NCBI GenBank assembly: GCA_964291675.2
Contig: OZ219866.1
Coordinates: 224,001-288,000, forward strand
DNA: 64,000 nucleotides
Direction of reading: 5' to 3'
Source: Alphaproteobacteria bacterium
GTDB taxonomy: Bacteria; Pseudomonadota; Alphaproteobacteria; MPNO01
The position numbers and the translations under genes are program-made. How positions within the stretch are numbered: position 1 is the stretch's first letter; each line of letters starts with the position of its first letter. Shown here one piece after another: positions 35,404-45,899 of this stretch. The notes beneath the pieces are model-generated. The model was not told the origin of the DNA. It saw only the letters and a program-made list of their open reading frames with translations, and did not search any database.

Positions 35404-37214
35404 ATGTCGGACAGGCCGCGGGCGAGCTTGTTCTCGATGATCGGCACCTGCTCGGGCTCGGGATCGAGATTGAGCGCGCGGCGCCACTGGAACTTCGCCT
35501 CGTTGCGGCGCCCGACCCGCCAATAGGCGTCGCCGAGATGGTCGTTGACCGTGGGGTCCAGAGGTTCCAGCTCCGACGCCCGCTCGAGCTGTTCGACCGC
35601 CCCGTCGTAGTCGCCGATGCGGTACAGCGCCCAGCCCAGGCTGTCGACGATGGCGCCGCTTTGCGGTTCGAGCTCGACCGCGCGCTCGATCATCCTGCGC
35701 GCGTCGTTGAGCTTGATCCCCTGGTCCACCCACGAATATCCGAGATAGTTGAGGAGATAGGGCTCGTCCGGGGAGAGCTCGAGCGCGGCGAGAAAATCCT
35801 TCTCCGCCCGCGGCCATTCCTTCGACCGCTCCAGCGCGATTCCGCGCGAGAACAGCAGCCTCCAATGCCGCGGCGCGACGCTGCCGAGCCGCGCGATCGC
35901 CGCGTCATAGGCTTCGACCGCTTCGGCGAATCTCTTGCGGTTGCGGAAGATGTCGCCGAGCCGTTTCAGCGCATCGCTGCGCTCGGCGCGTTCGTCCGCC
36001 ATCCGGCGGAGAAGCTCGATCGCCTCTTCGTCGCGATCGAGCCGCGCCAGCCCGGCCGCGCGGCTGAGCCGCGCCGACCACGACAGCGGCGACGCCTCGT
36101 TCACCGAGCCGTAGACCTCGACCGCCTCCTCGTCGCGGCCGACGGATTCCAGTATCTGCCCGACCAGGACGCGGGCGGACGGGAAATCCGGGCGCAGATC
36201 GAGCGCGAGCCGGCCATAGACCAGAGCCATTTCGATCGATCGCGCCCGCAGCCCCATCTTGGCGCCGTCGAGCAGCGCCTCGGCCGCCCCCTCCGTCCCG
36301 TTGGCGACGATCGGGGTCGCGGGCCTGCCAGCGCGAAGGTCGCCGAGCGCGCGCTCGATCAGGGGAGACCCGCTCTCCCCGGCGACGAAAGCGGTGTAAC
36401 GCCGCTCGGCTTCGGCCGCATCGCCGAACCGGCGGTAGAAGGACCCGATCGCCTGGACCAGCCGGACCGTCGGGCGCCGCGCCTCCTTGGCGGCTTCCAG
36501 ATAGAGCTCCCTCGCCTCTTTCGGACGCCCGGCAAGGTCGAGGATGAGAGCGCCGTGCAGGCTGCGGAACGGCGCGAACGCGGTGTTGTCGCCGGGCCCG
36601 GGGAGGGCCGCGCGAGCAGCGTCGTAGCGGCCGAGCGCTGCCTCGGCCCACGCCGAGAGCAACGGCACGGTAAAGGCGTTCGGGCCGCGCCCGCCGATAG
36701 CGGCGAGCCGCGTTCTCGCCGCCTCGAACCGGCCGGCCTTGAAATCGCCCACCGCAAGCGACAGCTCGGCGAGCGGCGCGTCGGGCTCCAGCGCGCGCAG
36801 CCGCCGGGCGAGGGCGCGCGCCGGTTCGGCCTCTCCGCTCGCCAGCTTGGCGATCAGGGCGCGCAGCAACAGCCGCCGGCCGCCGGGCCGCGCCGCAACC
36901 GCTTCGCTCAAGTAGCGCGCCGCCGCGCCGAAGTCGCGTGTCCGGAACGCGTGGTGGCCGGCGAGGTAGCTGCCGAGTTCGAGCGTGCGGTCGGTCGCCT
37001 TGGCGAGGCTCGCGGCCGGCGCCCCGGCATCTCCCGCATGGCCGGCCGCCGCCGGCAGGAGCGCGACGCCCGCCGCCAGGGACAGGATCGCGCAGGCGCG
37101 ACGTGCCACCCGCCCGGTCGCCGCCGCAGAGCGCCGCGCGGCCGCGTCGCATCTCCCGGCCGGGGAGCGCGTACCGCCCGGACGGCCGCGTTCGTTGTGC
37201 CAATCACCCGTCAT
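35400..37214 (-). CDS. Tetratricopeptide repeat protein (conserved upstream of ispE); true start may be later
   Basis: GSYLAG, LNYLGYSW, IVDSLGW, DHLGDAYWRVGR..EAKFQW. Confidence 0.9.
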   Translation of the reverse strand: MTGDWHNERGRPGGTRSPAGRCDAAARRSAAATGRVARRACAILSLAAGVALLPAAAGHAGDAGAPAASLAKATDRTLELGSYLAGHHAFRTRDFGAAARYLSEAVAARPGGRRLLLRALIAKLASGEAEPARALARRLRALEPDAPLAELSLAVGDFKAGRFEAARTRLAAIGGRGPNAFTVPLLSAWAEAALGRYDAARAALPGPGDNTAFAPFRSLHGALILDLAGRPKEARELYLEAAKEARRPTVRLVQAIGSFYRRFGDAAEAERRYTAFVAGESGSPLIERALGDLRAGRPATPIVANGTEGAAEALLDGAKMGLRARSIEMALVYGRLALDLRPDFPSARVLVGQILESVGRDEEAVEVYGSVNEASPLSWSARLSRAAGLARLDRDEEAIELLRRMADERAERSDALKRLGDIFRNRKRFAEAVEAYDAAIARLGSVAPRHWRLLFSRGIALERSKEWPRAEKDFLAALELSPDEPYLLNYLGYSWVDQGIKLNDARRMIERAVELEPQSGAIVDSLGWALYRIGDYDGAVEQLERASELEPLDPTVNDHLGDAYWRVGRRNEAKFQWRRALNLDPEPEQVPIIENKLARGLSDI

Positions 37215-37354
37215 TCGGCGCGTTCTAAAGCTCTTTTCTGGCGGATTCGCCGAAACGTTGCGTGAGCCGAGGCGAATCCCGACGGACGATGGCGAGTATA
37301 CACGCGAATCCCCGCCGCGAGTCCCGGAATCCGCCGACCGGGCGGCCGCGCCGG

Positions 37355-38986
37355 CTACATATTGGGGTAGTTCGGGCCACCGCCGCCCTCGGGAACGACC
37401 CAGTCGATGTTCTGGCGCGGGTCCTTGATGTCGCAGGTCTTGCAGTGCACGCAGTTCTGCGCGTTGATCTGCAGGCCGGGGCCGACCCCCTCCCCGGTGA
37501 CGATCTCGTACACCCCGGCCGGGCAGTAGCGCTGCTCCGGCGCGTCGTAGAGCGCGAGGTTTACGTCGACGGGGACGGATTCGTCCTTCAGCCGCAGATG
37601 GACCGGCTGATCCTCCTCGTGGTTGGTGTTCGATATGAACACCGAGGACAGCCTGTCGAAGGTCACCTCGCCGTCGGGCCTGGGATAGTCGATCCTCGGC
37701 GCATCGGACGCCGGCTTAAGAGACAGGTGGTCGGCGCCATGACGGAACGTCCACGGCGCCCGGCCGCGCAGCACGAAGGTGTCGAGCGCCGAATAGGCGA
37801 GCCCGACCCAGAGCCCGCGGCGGAACGCCGGGCGGAGATTGCGCACCGATTTGAGCTCCTGCCACACCCAGCTCCGCCGCATCGCTTCCGGGTAGGTCTC
37901 GAGCGCCGCGCCGGGATCGTCGCCGCCAAGCGCCGCAAAGATCGCCTCGGCCGCCACCATGCCGCTCTTCATGGCGGTATGGGTGCCCTTGATCTTGGGA
38001 ACGTTCAGGAACCCGGCCTCGCAGCCGACGAAAACGCCGCCGGGAAAGGCGAGTCTCGGGATCGACTGGAACCCGCCCTCGTTGACCGCCCGCGCGCCAT
38101 AGGCGATGCGCCGCCCGCCGACGAATGTCGGGCGGATCGACCTGTGGGTCTTGAAGCGCTGGAACTCCTCGAAGGGCGACAGATGGGGGTTGGAGTAGTC
38201 GAGCCCGATGACGAACCCGACCGCGACCTGGTTGTCCTCCAGGTGGTAGAGGAAGGACCCGCCATAGGTGTCGGCGGCGAGCGGCCAGCCGAAGGAATGC
38301 ACCACCCGTCCGGGATGGTGGTTGGCCGGGTCGACCTCCCACAGCTCCTTGATTCCGATGCCGTATGTCTGGGGCTCGCTGTCCCGCGCGAGGTCGAAAC
38401 GTTCGATCAGCGTCTTGCCGAGCGAGCCGCGGCAGCCTTCCGCGAACACGGTCTGGGTGGCGTGCAGCTCGACCCCGGGCTCGTGGTTCGGGCCGGGCCG
38501 GCCGTCGCGGCCGATCCCCATGTCCCCGGTGGCGACGCCCCTGACCCGCCCGGCGTCGTCGTAGAGCACCTCGGCGGCGGCGAAGCCGGGATAGATTTCG
38601 ACGCCGAGACCCTCGGCCTCGGCCGCGAGCCAGCGGCAGAGATTGCCGAGGCTGATGATGTAGTTGCCGCGGTTGCGCGCCTGCGGCGGCGTGGGCAGCC
38701 TGAGGGCGGAACCCTTGGTCAGCAGGAGGAAGCGGTCCTCCCGGACCGGCGTGTTGAGCGGCGCGCCCCGCTCGACGGCGTCGGGGAACAGCTCGAACAG
38801 CGCGCGGGGCTCCAGCACGGCGCCCGACAGGATGTGCGCGCCGACTTCGGACCCCTTCTCGATCACGCAGACGCCGACATCGCGGTCTTCCGCCGCCGCG
38901 AGCTGTTTCAGGCGGATCGCCGTCGCCAGCCCGGCGGGGCCGGCGCCCACCACGACGACATCGAATGCCATGGATTCCCGTTCCAC
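37355..38986 (-). CDS. Electron transfer flavoprotein-ubiquinone oxidoreductase
   Basis: [51 protein letters not shown]. Confidence 0.97.
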   Translation of the reverse strand: MERESMAFDVVVVGAGPAGLATAIRLKQLAAAEDRDVGVCVIEKGSEVGAHILSGAVLEPRALFELFPDAVERGAPLNTPVREDRFLLLTKGSALRLPTPPQARNRGNYIISLGNLCRWLAAEAEGLGVEIYPGFAAAEVLYDDAGRVRGVATGDMGIGRDGRPGPNHEPGVELHATQTVFAEGCRGSLGKTLIERFDLARDSEPQTYGIGIKELWEVDPANHHPGRVVHSFGWPLAADTYGGSFLYHLEDNQVAVGFVIGLDYSNPHLSPFEEFQRFKTHRSIRPTFVGGRRIAYGARAVNEGGFQSIPRLAFPGGVFVGCEAGFLNVPKIKGTHTAMKSGMVAAEAIFAALGGDDPGAALETYPEAMRRSWVWQELKSVRNLRPAFRRGLWVGLAYSALDTFVLRGRAPWTFRHGADHLSLKPASDAPRIDYPRPDGEVTFDRLSSVFISNTNHEEDQPVHLRLKDESVPVDVNLALYDAPEQRYCPAGVYEIVTGEGVGPGLQINAQNCVHCKTCDIKDPRQNIDWVVPEGGGGPNYPNM

Positions 38987-39071
38987 GGCCTACTCCTTCC
39001 CGCCGCAAACCGACGCTGTATAGCACAACCGCCTGCCTGTTTCCCGGCCTGCCCGCGTGCTAGGTTCCGGC

Positions 39072-39857
39072 ATGGCCGCAGGCGAGGCAATCGCCGCGCT
39101 GCTTGCGTGGCAGATCGAGGCCGGGGCGGACGAAGCGATCGCCGAGGCGCCGCTCGACCGGTTCGCGGCGCGCGCCACGCCGCCGGAGCCCGCGGTCGAG
39201 GCCGCCGCCGAGCCGGACCCGTCGGGCGGCCGGCCGGCGCCGGCGATGACGGGGGCGCGGCAAATCGCCGCAGCGGCGGCCGATCTCGCCGCGCTCAGAT
39301 CCGCCTTCGCGGCCTTCGACGGATGCCCGCTGAAGGAGACGGCGACCAATTTCGTGTTCGCCGACGGCGCGCCCGGGGCGAAGCTGATGTTCATCGGCGA
39401 GGCGCCCGGCGCGGAGGAAGATCGCCAGGGAATCCCCTTTGTCGGCCCCGCCGGGCGCCTTTTGGACCGCATGCTGGCGGCAATCGGCCTCGAACGGCGC
39501 GAGGTCTACATCACCAACATCCTGCCCTGGCGTCCGCCGGGAAACCGCAACCCCACCGATTCCGAGATCGCCGTTTGCCTTCCCTTCATCGAACGCCACA
39601 TCGCGCTGGTGGAGCCGGCGGCGGTGGTTGCGGTCGGCGGCACCGCGGCAAAGGTCTTGCTCGACACCAGGGAAGGCATTATGAGGCTTCGCGGTCGCTG
39701 GTTCAGCTACACCGTCTCCGGTTCCGGCGCGCCGATACCGCTGCGGGCGATACTGCATCCCGCCTATCTGCTCCGCCAGCCGGGCCAAAAACGAGACGCA
39801 TGGACCGACCTGATCGCCATCAAGAAACGACTCGCGGAAGGCATGCCGGCCCCATGA
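39072..39857 (+). CDS. Uracil-DNA glycosylase family 4
   Basis: [28 protein letters not shown]. Confidence 0.93.
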   Translation: MAAGEAIAALLAWQIEAGADEAIAEAPLDRFAARATPPEPAVEAAAEPDPSGGRPAPAMTGARQIAAAAADLAALRSAFAAFDGCPLKETATNFVFADGAPGAKLMFIGEAPGAEEDRQGIPFVGPAGRLLDRMLAAIGLERREVYITNILPWRPPGNRNPTDSEIAVCLPFIERHIALVEPAAVVAVGGTAAKVLLDTREGIMRLRGRWFSYTVSGSGAPIPLRAILHPAYLLRQPGQKRDAWTDLIAIKKRLAEGMPAP

Positions 39858-41692
39858 CGCAGTTTGTGGGCGGCGGACGCGGGGTGGCGTGGTTGGTTCT
39901 GGCCGCCGTGGTCGCGGCGAGCGCGGTGGCCGGGCCGGCGCGGGCCGACAGGACGCGCGGCGCCGAGAGCGCCGGTGCCGCCGCCGCGGAGGCGGAAGGG
40001 CTCGGCCTGCCCCGCATCGTCGGCGAGCGCGACGCGGCCCGTTACCGCCAGATCTTCGAGCTGCAGAAAAAGGGGAAATGGCGCAGCGCGGACAGGGAAA
40101 TCAGGAAGCTGCGCAGCCGGATCCTGATGGGACACGTACTGGCCCAGCGCTACCTGCACCCCACCAAGTACCGCTCGCGCTACGGCGAGCTCGAACGCTG
40201 GCTCCGCCACTACGCCGACCATCCGGAGGCGAGGCGCATATACCGGCTCGCGAAGCGCCGCAAGGGCAAGTCCAGCCGGCATCCGCGCGCGCCCACCGCA
40301 CCGAAGCCGCGGACCTACGAATCGTCCTGGGTGTCGCCCACATACGGCTACACCTCGCCGCGCAAGCGCAGCGCCTCGGCAAGGGCGAAGGTCCACAAGA
40401 GGATCCGCGTCATCCGGCGGCACGCGCTCAGGGGGCAGCTCAAACGCGCCCGCCAGATCCTCTCATGGCGGTCCTCCAGGCGAATGCTGGACAAGACCGA
40501 GACCGCCATCGCCCGGGCCCATCTGGCACGGGGATATTTCTTCCACGGCTCGCCGGAGACCGCGCACAGGATTTCCGCGCGCGTGGCGAACCGGGCGGGA
40601 CGCTACATGCCGATGGCGCACTGGATCGCGGGGCTCTCGGCCTATCGCGTCGGCGCCTATAAGGACGCCGCGCATCACCTGGAAACCATGGCGGAGCACC
40701 CCACGCTCTCCTCCTGGCCGGCCTCGGGCGCGGCCTTCTGGGCGGGGCGTGCCAACCTGCTCGCCGGAAAGCCGGACCGGGTGCGCTACTGGATGAACAG
40801 GGCATCGGAGTACCGCTTCACATTTTATGGCCAGCTCGCCGCGCGGGTGCTCGGTCTGGAGCGCGAATTCGACTGGCGAATGCCGCAATTGACGGCGGAG
40901 AATGTCGCAATCCTCATGCGCCACCCCGCCGCCCGGCGCGCGCTGGCGCTGCTGCAGGTCAACGCGCTCGGGCGCGCGGAGAGCGAGCTCAAAGCCCTCA
41001 CCTCGATCGACGACAGCACCCTCGCCAGGGCCTTGATGGCGCTGGCGGAGAAAACCAACCTGGCGTCTCTGGCCGTCGGCACGACCGCGATGCTGGACGA
41101 GGCCGACGGTCCGCCGCCGACCGGCGCGCTCTACCCGGTGCCCAACTGGCGGCCCAAAGAGGGCTTCACGGTCGACCGCGCGCTGATCTATGCCTTCATG
41201 CGCCAGGAGTCGCGGTTCAAGGTGCGCGCCAAGAGCCACGCCGGGGCGCGCGGGTTGATGCAGCTGATGCCGGGGACCGCGGGTTTCATGATGGGCAAGC
41301 GGTATCGCGGGTCCAGGCGCAACGAGCTCTACGATCCCGGGTTGAACATATCGATCGCCCAGCGCTACATCCGCTACCTGATCGGCAACGGCGTCGTGAA
41401 GGGGAATGTGCTGATGCTGGCCGCCGCCTATAACGGCGGGCCGGGCAATCTCAACAAATGGCGCCGCCGGGCGGCGCGCCGGAAGGCGACCGATCCGCTG
41501 ATCTTCATCGAGACGATTCCGGCGCGCGAGACCCGCAACTATGTCGAGCGCGTGCTCGCCAATCTCTGGATGTACCGCAGCCGGCTCGGACAGGACACGC
41601 CCACCCTCGATCGCCTTGCCGCCGGAAAGGCGCCGCTCTACAAGTCGCTGGACGGCGCGGGCAACGTGGTGGCGCAGAATGAGCGGAATTGA
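39854..41692 (+). CDS. Soluble lytic transglycosylase (SLT domain)
   Basis: Signal peptide; [34 protein letters not shown]. Confidence 0.93.
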   Translation: MTQFVGGGRGVAWLVLAAVVAASAVAGPARADRTRGAESAGAAAAEAEGLGLPRIVGERDAARYRQIFELQKKGKWRSADREIRKLRSRILMGHVLAQRYLHPTKYRSRYGELERWLRHYADHPEARRIYRLAKRRKGKSSRHPRAPTAPKPRTYESSWVSPTYGYTSPRKRSASARAKVHKRIRVIRRHALRGQLKRARQILSWRSSRRMLDKTETAIARAHLARGYFFHGSPETAHRISARVANRAGRYMPMAHWIAGLSAYRVGAYKDAAHHLETMAEHPTLSSWPASGAAFWAGRANLLAGKPDRVRYWMNRASEYRFTFYGQLAARVLGLEREFDWRMPQLTAENVAILMRHPAARRALALLQVNALGRAESELKALTSIDDSTLARALMALAEKTNLASLAVGTTAMLDEADGPPPTGALYPVPNWRPKEGFTVDRALIYAFMRQESRFKVRAKSHAGARGLMQLMPGTAGFMMGKRYRGSRRNELYDPGLNISIAQRYIRYLIGNGVVKGNVLMLAAAYNGGPGNLNKWRRRAARRKATDPLIFIETIPARETRNYVERVLANLWMYRSRLGQDTPTLDRLAAGKAPLYKSLDGAGNVVAQNERN

Positions 41693-42227
41693 CGAAACGG
41701 TTCCCTTCGCGGCGATCAACATCGCCGTGATGACGGTATCGGACACGCGCACGGAGGAGACCGACCGGTCGGGCGCGACGCTCGTGGACAGGCTGGAGAA
41801 GGCCGGCCACCGCCTGGCCGAAAAGCGGATCGTGCCGGACGAACGGACGGCGATCGAGGGGCAGCTCCGGCGCTGGATCGACGATCCCGGGATCGACGCC
41901 GTGATCGCCACCGGGGGGACCGGGGTGACCGGGCGCGACGTGACGCCCGAGGCGTTCGAGGCGGTGTTCGAGAAGGACATTCCGGGCTTCGGCGAGCTGT
42001 TCCGGATGATCAGCTTCGCAAAGATCGGCAGCTCCACCATCCAGTCCCGCGCGGTGGCCGGCGTCGCCGGCGGGACCTATCTCTTCGCCGTGCCGGGCTC
42101 GACCGGCGCCTGCCGCGACGCGTGGGACGAGATCCTGGTCTACCAGCTCGACATCCGGCACAAGCCGTGCAACTTCGTCGAGCTCATGCCGCGGCTCAAC
42201 GAACACCGCGACGCGCGTTCCGCCTGA
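41679..42227 (+). CDS. moaB: Molybdenum cofactor biosynthesis protein B
   Basis: TVSDTR..D.SG, TGGTGVTGRDVTPEA, GFGELFR, PGSTGAC, PCNF. Confidence 0.95.
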   Translation: MSGIDETVPFAAINIAVMTVSDTRTEETDRSGATLVDRLEKAGHRLAEKRIVPDERTAIEGQLRRWIDDPGIDAVIATGGTGVTGRDVTPEAFEAVFEKDIPGFGELFRMISFAKIGSSTIQSRAVAGVAGGTYLFAVPGSTGACRDAWDEILVYQLDIRHKPCNFVELMPRLNEHRDARSA

Positions 42228-42810
42228 GCCGCCAGCGCGCGTAGCCCTCGCCGTCGTCGACATCCTCGAGCGTTTCGAGCAGGGCGATCCGCCGTCCCGG
42301 CGGCACGTTCGCGCGCGTGTCGGCGAGCGCGTGCGGGCTCGACCAGCGGACCTGCTCGAACAGGCCGCGCGTCGGCAGGCCGGGGCGGCGCCCGACCAGC
42401 CAGTACCCGCCATCGGAAGCGGGACCGAACGCCAGATCGGCGCCGCGCAGCGCCGCGAACGCGGCCGAGACGTGGCGGGGCGCGAGCTCCGGGATATCGC
42501 TGCCCACGATGGCCACCGGCGCGGCGGCGGCGGCCGCCAGGATGCGCCCCATCCGCGCGCCCAGATCGCCGCTCCCCTGCGCGACCCGCGGGAGGTCGGG
42601 CGCCCAGGGCGCGGCGCCGTCGGCCGCGCGGTCGGGCGTCACCGCGAGCAGGGTGTCCCAGCGCCGGTCGCGGCCGAGCCGCCGCAACAGCCGGTCCGTC
42701 GCGTCGCGATAGAAGCGGAGCGCCGCGACCTCGCCGATATCCGCCGCGAGGCGCCGCTTGACCGCGCCGAGCATCGGGGCGCGGACGAACACGTAGAGCC
42801 TAGGCCGCAT
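42196..42810 (-). CDS. TIGR04282/DUF2064 family glycosyltransferase-like protein
   Basis: VKRRLA, QGSGDLGARM, GSDIP, GPASDGGYWLVG, DVD. Confidence 0.88.
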   Translation of the reverse strand: MRPRLYVFVRAPMLGAVKRRLAADIGEVAALRFYRDATDRLLRRLGRDRRWDTLLAVTPDRAADGAAPWAPDLPRVAQGSGDLGARMGRILAAAAAAPVAIVGSDIPELAPRHVSAAFAALRGADLAFGPASDGGYWLVGRRPGLPTRGLFEQVRWSSPHALADTRANVPPGRRIALLETLEDVDDGEGYARWRLRRNARRGVR

Positions 42811-42834
42811 TTCTCACCAGGGTCACGGCCTGCG
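42800..42834. repeat. Solo end of family-C element overlapping the start codon at 42810
   Basis: CTAGGCCGCATTTCTCACCAGGGTCACGGCCTGCG. Confidence 0.6.
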
Positions 42835-42837
42835 CGG

Positions 42838-43548
42838 TCATCGGTACAGCCTGGCGATCCCCCGGGGCGGAACGCCGAGGAAATAGAGCCCGAGGCAGAC
42901 CAGGTTGCGGGCGGAGCGGCGGAGATAGCCGGAGCGCCGGTAGCGCACGGCCGAGGTCACCGCGGCCACGCCGAGCGTATCGAGACGCCGGCGCCCGATG
43001 CGCCGCACCATGTCGACATCCTCCATCAGCACGAGCGGCCGAAACCCGCCGAGCGCGTCGTAGAACGAACGCGAGATCAGCAGCCCCTGATCGCCGTAAG
43101 CCAGGCCGAGACGGCGCGTCCGCCAGGCGACGATCGCTTCGAGCCGGCGGGCGGCCGGCGCGCCGTCGTCGAGCGCGAAGCGGAAGGTCGCCGCCCGTTC
43201 CAGGTTCGCCGGATCGGCGCACCAGGCCGAGACGGCCTCGGCCCAGCCGTCCGCGAGCACCGTGTCCGCGTGGAGAAACAATAGCCAGCCGCCGAGCGCC
43301 TCACGAGCACCCTCGGCGAGCTGGCCGCCGCGGCCGGGCGCGGTCTCGACCACGCGCGCGCCCTGCCGTCGCGCGATCTCCACCGTCTCGTCGGACGATC
43401 CGCCGTCGACCACGAGTAATTCGCACCGCGGCAGGGCGAGCGCGTCGAGCGTCCGCGCCAGCACCGCGCCCGCGTTCAGCGCCGGGATCACAATGCTGAG
43501 CTCGGGCTGCACGCGGGCTTTCTGAGGCCTGGCCGGCGAAATGTCCAT
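42838..43548 (-). CDS. TIGR04283 family GT2 glycosyltransferase
   Basis: SIVIPALN, VDGGSSD, LFLHADT, YGDQGL, LMEDV, TSAVRY. Confidence 0.9.
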   Translation of the reverse strand: MDISPARPQKARVQPELSIVIPALNAGAVLARTLDALALPRCELLVVDGGSSDETVEIARRQGARVVETAPGRGGQLAEGAREALGGWLLFLHADTVLADGWAEAVSAWCADPANLERAATFRFALDDGAPAARRLEAIVAWRTRRLGLAYGDQGLLISRSFYDALGGFRPLVLMEDVDMVRRIGRRRLDTLGVAAVTSAVRYRRSGYLRRSARNLVCLGLYFLGVPPRGIARLYR

Positions 43549-43559
43549 AGCGGACGAAT

Positions 43560-43574
43560 GTTCTTGTTTTGTTC
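43560..43574 (+). promoter_or_regulatory. Alphaproteobacterial LexA (SOS) box
   Basis: GTTC-TTGTTTT-GTTC = GTTC-N7-GTTC, 24 nt upstream of the radical SAM start. Confidence 0.8.
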
Positions 43575-43598
43575 GGCAAGCCGCGCTAGGCTTCGGCG

Positions 43599-44672
43599 AT
43601 GGACGCCCCTCTCCCCGATCGCCCGCGCAAGGGCCGCGGCGCCGTCTCCAACCGCTCGGGGCGGTTCGAACCCCACGCCTACGAACCGGTCGACGACGGA
43701 TGGCTGGTCGAGGAGTTGCCGCCGCTCAGGACCACCGTGACCCGGGACGCGTCGAAGACGATCATAGCGCGCAACAAGTCGCCCGACGTCCCGTTCGACC
43801 GCTCGATCAACCCCTATCGCGGCTGCGAGCATGGCTGCGTCTATTGCTTCGCCCGTCCGACGCACGCCTTTCTCGGCCTGTCCCCGGGGCTCGATTTCGA
43901 GTCGCGGCTGTTCTACAAGCCGGATGCGGCGCGGCTGCTGGAAGAGGCGCTGCACAAGCCGGGCTATGAGTGCCGGGTGATGGCGATGGGGACCAACACC
44001 GACCCCTACCAGCCGATCGAGCGCGAATACCGCATCACCCGGTCGATCCTCGAAGTGCTGTCCGACTGCGACCATCCGGTGGGGATCGTCACCAAGTCGG
44101 GCCTCGTCGTCCGCGACATCGACATCCTGGCGCCGATGGCGGCGCGCGGCCTCGCTCTGGTGTGCGTCTCGGTGACCACGCTCGACCGGCGGCTGGCCCG
44201 CCTGCTGGAGCCGCGCGCGCCGACGCCGGCGCGCCGGATCGAGACCATCCGGCGCCTGGCGGATGCGGGCATCCCGACCGGGGTGATGGCGGCGCCGACG
44301 ATCCCCGGCCTGACCGACCACGAGATGGAGGACATTCTCGGCGCCGCCCGGGACGCCGGCGCGCAGACCGCGAGCTACGTCCTGCTGCGCCTGCCGCTGG
44401 AGATCGCCGATTTGTTCGTCGAATGGCTCCAGACCCACCGGCCGGACCGCGCATCGCGGGTGCTCGGCCTGATGCGCCAGCTGCATGGCGGCAAGGTCTA
44501 TGAGTCCACCTATGGCAAGCGGATGCGCGGCCAGGGACCCTACGCTTCGATGCTGGCGAAACGCTTCGAGGGCGCCTGCCGGCGGCTCGGCCTCGCCGAC
44601 AAGCGGCCGGAGCTCGACACCGGCAAGTTCAAGCGCCCGCTCCGGCGCGGCAACCAGCTCGCGCTGTTCTGA
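43599..44672 (+). CDS. PA0069 family radical SAM protein (spore-photoproduct-lyase-like)
   Basis: KGRGA..N..GRF, NPYRGCEHGCVYCFARP, GTNTDPYQP, terminal QLALF. Confidence 0.93.
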   Translation: MDAPLPDRPRKGRGAVSNRSGRFEPHAYEPVDDGWLVEELPPLRTTVTRDASKTIIARNKSPDVPFDRSINPYRGCEHGCVYCFARPTHAFLGLSPGLDFESRLFYKPDAARLLEEALHKPGYECRVMAMGTNTDPYQPIEREYRITRSILEVLSDCDHPVGIVTKSGLVVRDIDILAPMAARGLALVCVSVTTLDRRLARLLEPRAPTPARRIETIRRLADAGIPTGVMAAPTIPGLTDHEMEDILGAARDAGAQTASYVLLRLPLEIADLFVEWLQTHRPDRASRVLGLMRQLHGGKVYESTYGKRMRGQGPYASMLAKRFEGACRRLGLADKRPELDTGKFKRPLRRGNQLALF

Positions 44673-44679
44673 CGCCCGG

Positions 44680-45891
44680 TCACGCCGCGCCCTCGGTCAG
44701 CCTGGCGAGCGGCCGGTCGGGGATCGGCAGGTGGATCAGCGCGGCCACGAAACCGGCGACGATGGCGAAGGTCCAGACCGGGTCGTAGGAGCCGGTGGTA
44801 TCGAAGGACAGGCCGCCGAGCCAGACGCCGAGGAAGCTGCCGAGCTGGTGGCTCAGGAAGGCGATGGCGGCCAGCGTCGCCATGTAGCGCGGCCCGAAGA
44901 TATGGGCGATCAGCCCGGTGGTGAGCGGCACCGTCGAGAGCCACAGGAGCCCCATCGCGCCGGCGAAGACGAGGACGCTGGTCTCGGTCAGCGGCAAAGA
45001 GAGGAAGACCAGCATGGCCGCGCTCCGCGCGGTGTAGATGATGCCGAGCAGGTATTTCATCCGGTAGCGGTCGCCGAGCCTGCCGGCGGCGATGGTGCCG
45101 AACAGGTTGAACAGCCCGATGGTGGCGATCGCCGCCGCGCCGAGCGCCGGCGCCAGACCGCCGTCGGAGATATAGGCCGGGAGATGGTTCGCGATGAACT
45201 GCACCTGGAGCCCGCAGACGAAATAGGCGCTCACCAGCATCACGTAGCCGCGATGCTGGGCGGCCTCGCGCAGCGCCTCGCCGAGGCTTTGCCGGGTCCG
45301 CTGGGAGAGCCGTGCCGTCGTCCCGGCCCGCAGCGAGAGCGCGACCGGCACCGCGACGGAGAGCGCGATCGCCATGGCGATCAGCGCGCCGCGCCACTCG
45401 AACAGCTCGATCATCGCCTGGCTGTAGGGCACGAACACGGACTGCCCCAGCGTGCCGCCGGCGGTGGTGATCCCGAGCCACGTCATCCGGCGCTCCGGCG
45501 GTGCGATGCGTCCGACCAGCGCGTTCAGCAGCCCGAGCCCGCACCCGCCCATGCCGATGCCGATCAGGAACCCGGTGCCGACCAGGAAATCGGTCTGGGC
45601 GGTCGCCTGGGAGGACAGCAGGAGCCCGGCCACGGCGATCAGCGCGCCGGTGGCGATCACCCGGATCGGACCCCAGCGGTCGGCGATCATCGCGGCCAGC
45701 GGCGTGGCCAGGCCGACCACCAGGTTCTGGGTGGCGATGGCGACCGAGATCGGCTCGCGCCCCCAGCCCAGATCGACGCTGATCGGCGGGATGAACAGGC
45801 CGAAGGACTGGCGCACGCCCGAGGTCACCAGCAGGATGCAGGTGGCGCCGAGCAGCACGTAGACCGGCGTGCGCCAGAACCGGGCGACCAT
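44680..45891 (-). CDS. MFS transporter
   Basis: RQSFGLF, YFVCG, WLSTVP.T, SHQLGSFLGVWLGG. Confidence 0.9.
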   Translation of the reverse strand: MVARFWRTPVYVLLGATCILLVTSGVRQSFGLFIPPISVDLGWGREPISVAIATQNLVVGLATPLAAMIADRWGPIRVIATGALIAVAGLLLSSQATAQTDFLVGTGFLIGIGMGGCGLGLLNALVGRIAPPERRMTWLGITTAGGTLGQSVFVPYSQAMIELFEWRGALIAMAIALSVAVPVALSLRAGTTARLSQRTRQSLGEALREAAQHRGYVMLVSAYFVCGLQVQFIANHLPAYISDGGLAPALGAAAIATIGLFNLFGTIAAGRLGDRYRMKYLLGIIYTARSAAMLVFLSLPLTETSVLVFAGAMGLLWLSTVPLTTGLIAHIFGPRYMATLAAIAFLSHQLGSFLGVWLGGLSFDTTGSYDPVWTFAIVAGFVAALIHLPIPDRPLARLTEGAA

Positions 45892-45899
45892 CGAGGGGT

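Noticed and set aside
37262-41692. 1476-aa ORF as a giant fusion protein
   Set aside because: The first ~860 codons are antisense to ETF-QO and off-frame to UDG; only 39854..41692 (SLT) is real
42196-43548. Arsenosugar biosynthesis cluster
   Set aside because: No arsM or ArsS-type radical SAM nearby; the adjacent radical SAM is the PA0069 type
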